The position numbers were made by a program, and so were the translations under genes. DNA of 64,000 bases from Octopus sinensis (taxonomy: Eukaryota). The notes under the pieces are model-generated. The model was not told the DNA's origin, did not search any database, and saw only the letters and a program-made list of their open reading frames with translations. The stretch spans positions 8,122,001 to 8,186,000 of the forward strand of contig NC_043022.1 of the NCBI RefSeq assembly GCF_006345805.1, given 5' to 3'. How positions within the stretch are numbered: position 1 is the first letter of the stretch; every line of letters starts with the position of its first letter. Below, piece after piece: positions 63,385-64,000 of the stretch.

Positions 63385-63760
63385 TTTCATTCTTTTATTT
63401 GTTTCAGTCATTTGACTGCAGCCATGCTGGAGCACCCCCTTCAGTCGAACAAATCGACTCCAGGACTTATTCTTTGTAAGCCTAGTACTTATTCTATCAT
63501 TCTCTATTGCTGAACCACTAATTTATGGGGACATAAACACACCAACATCGGTTGTGGAGGGACAAACACAGACACAGAAACACACACACACACGCACACA
63601 CATGATGGGATTCTTTCAGTTTCCGTCTACCAAATCGACTCACAGGGCTTTGATTGACCTGAGGCTATAGTAGAAGACACTTTCCCAAGGTGCCACGCAG
63701 TGGGACTGAACCCAGAACCATGTAGTTGGTAAGCAAGATACTTACAATACAGCTAATCCT
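63385..63760 (-). mobile_element. Family A SINE
   Basis: Full-length diverged copy. Confidence 0.85.
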
Positions 63761-64000
63761 GTTATATATATATATATATTTATCTTTGATTGCATTGTTT
63801 ACATAGAGGTATTTATATATGAAACATGATAAGAAATCAGTACTGGCTCTAATTTTGAAAGAAAATTCGTAGAGACACCCTTAATATATAGAATATATAT
63901 ATATGGTGGGCTCTTGCATTGAAGACACCATATGAACATTCAACTTTGGCTGAATGACTTGCACAAATGATTTGTTTATAGTGATCAAATGTTCATGCCA

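Overview
AT-rich, repeat-saturated animal genomic DNA, most likely a coleoid cephalopod (Octopus-like). This is inferred from the tRNA/CORE-type SINE families, the RTE-tail repeats and the extreme (TA)n/(TATG)n/(CA)n microsatellite load; no database search was run. No host protein-coding exon could be supported, and almost all ORF-track entries are microsatellite or low-complexity artefacts. The window looks intronic or intergenic. It contains five recurring SINE-like families, a full-length dead mariner (DD34D), a rosa-type DD41D transposase interrupted by one nonsense codon, several MITEs, RTE and CR1 fragments, R4/Dong-type LINEs in (TAA)n tracts (one with an open 431+ aa frame) and several Penelope-like element (PLE) RT/GIY-YIG remnants. 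The most notable structure is a dispersed set of minimal hammerhead-ribozyme (HHR) motifs with palindromic stem III, several inside fold-back or direct+inverted repeats typical of PLE termini. One is essentially intact (33169-33210) and one carries a compensatory G3:C8 core swap (45728-45778). A unique-sequence stretch at 42540-43260 may hold 5' exons of a + strand transcript. TE boundaries are approximate (about +/-10-20 nt) unless TIRs or TSDs are quoted.
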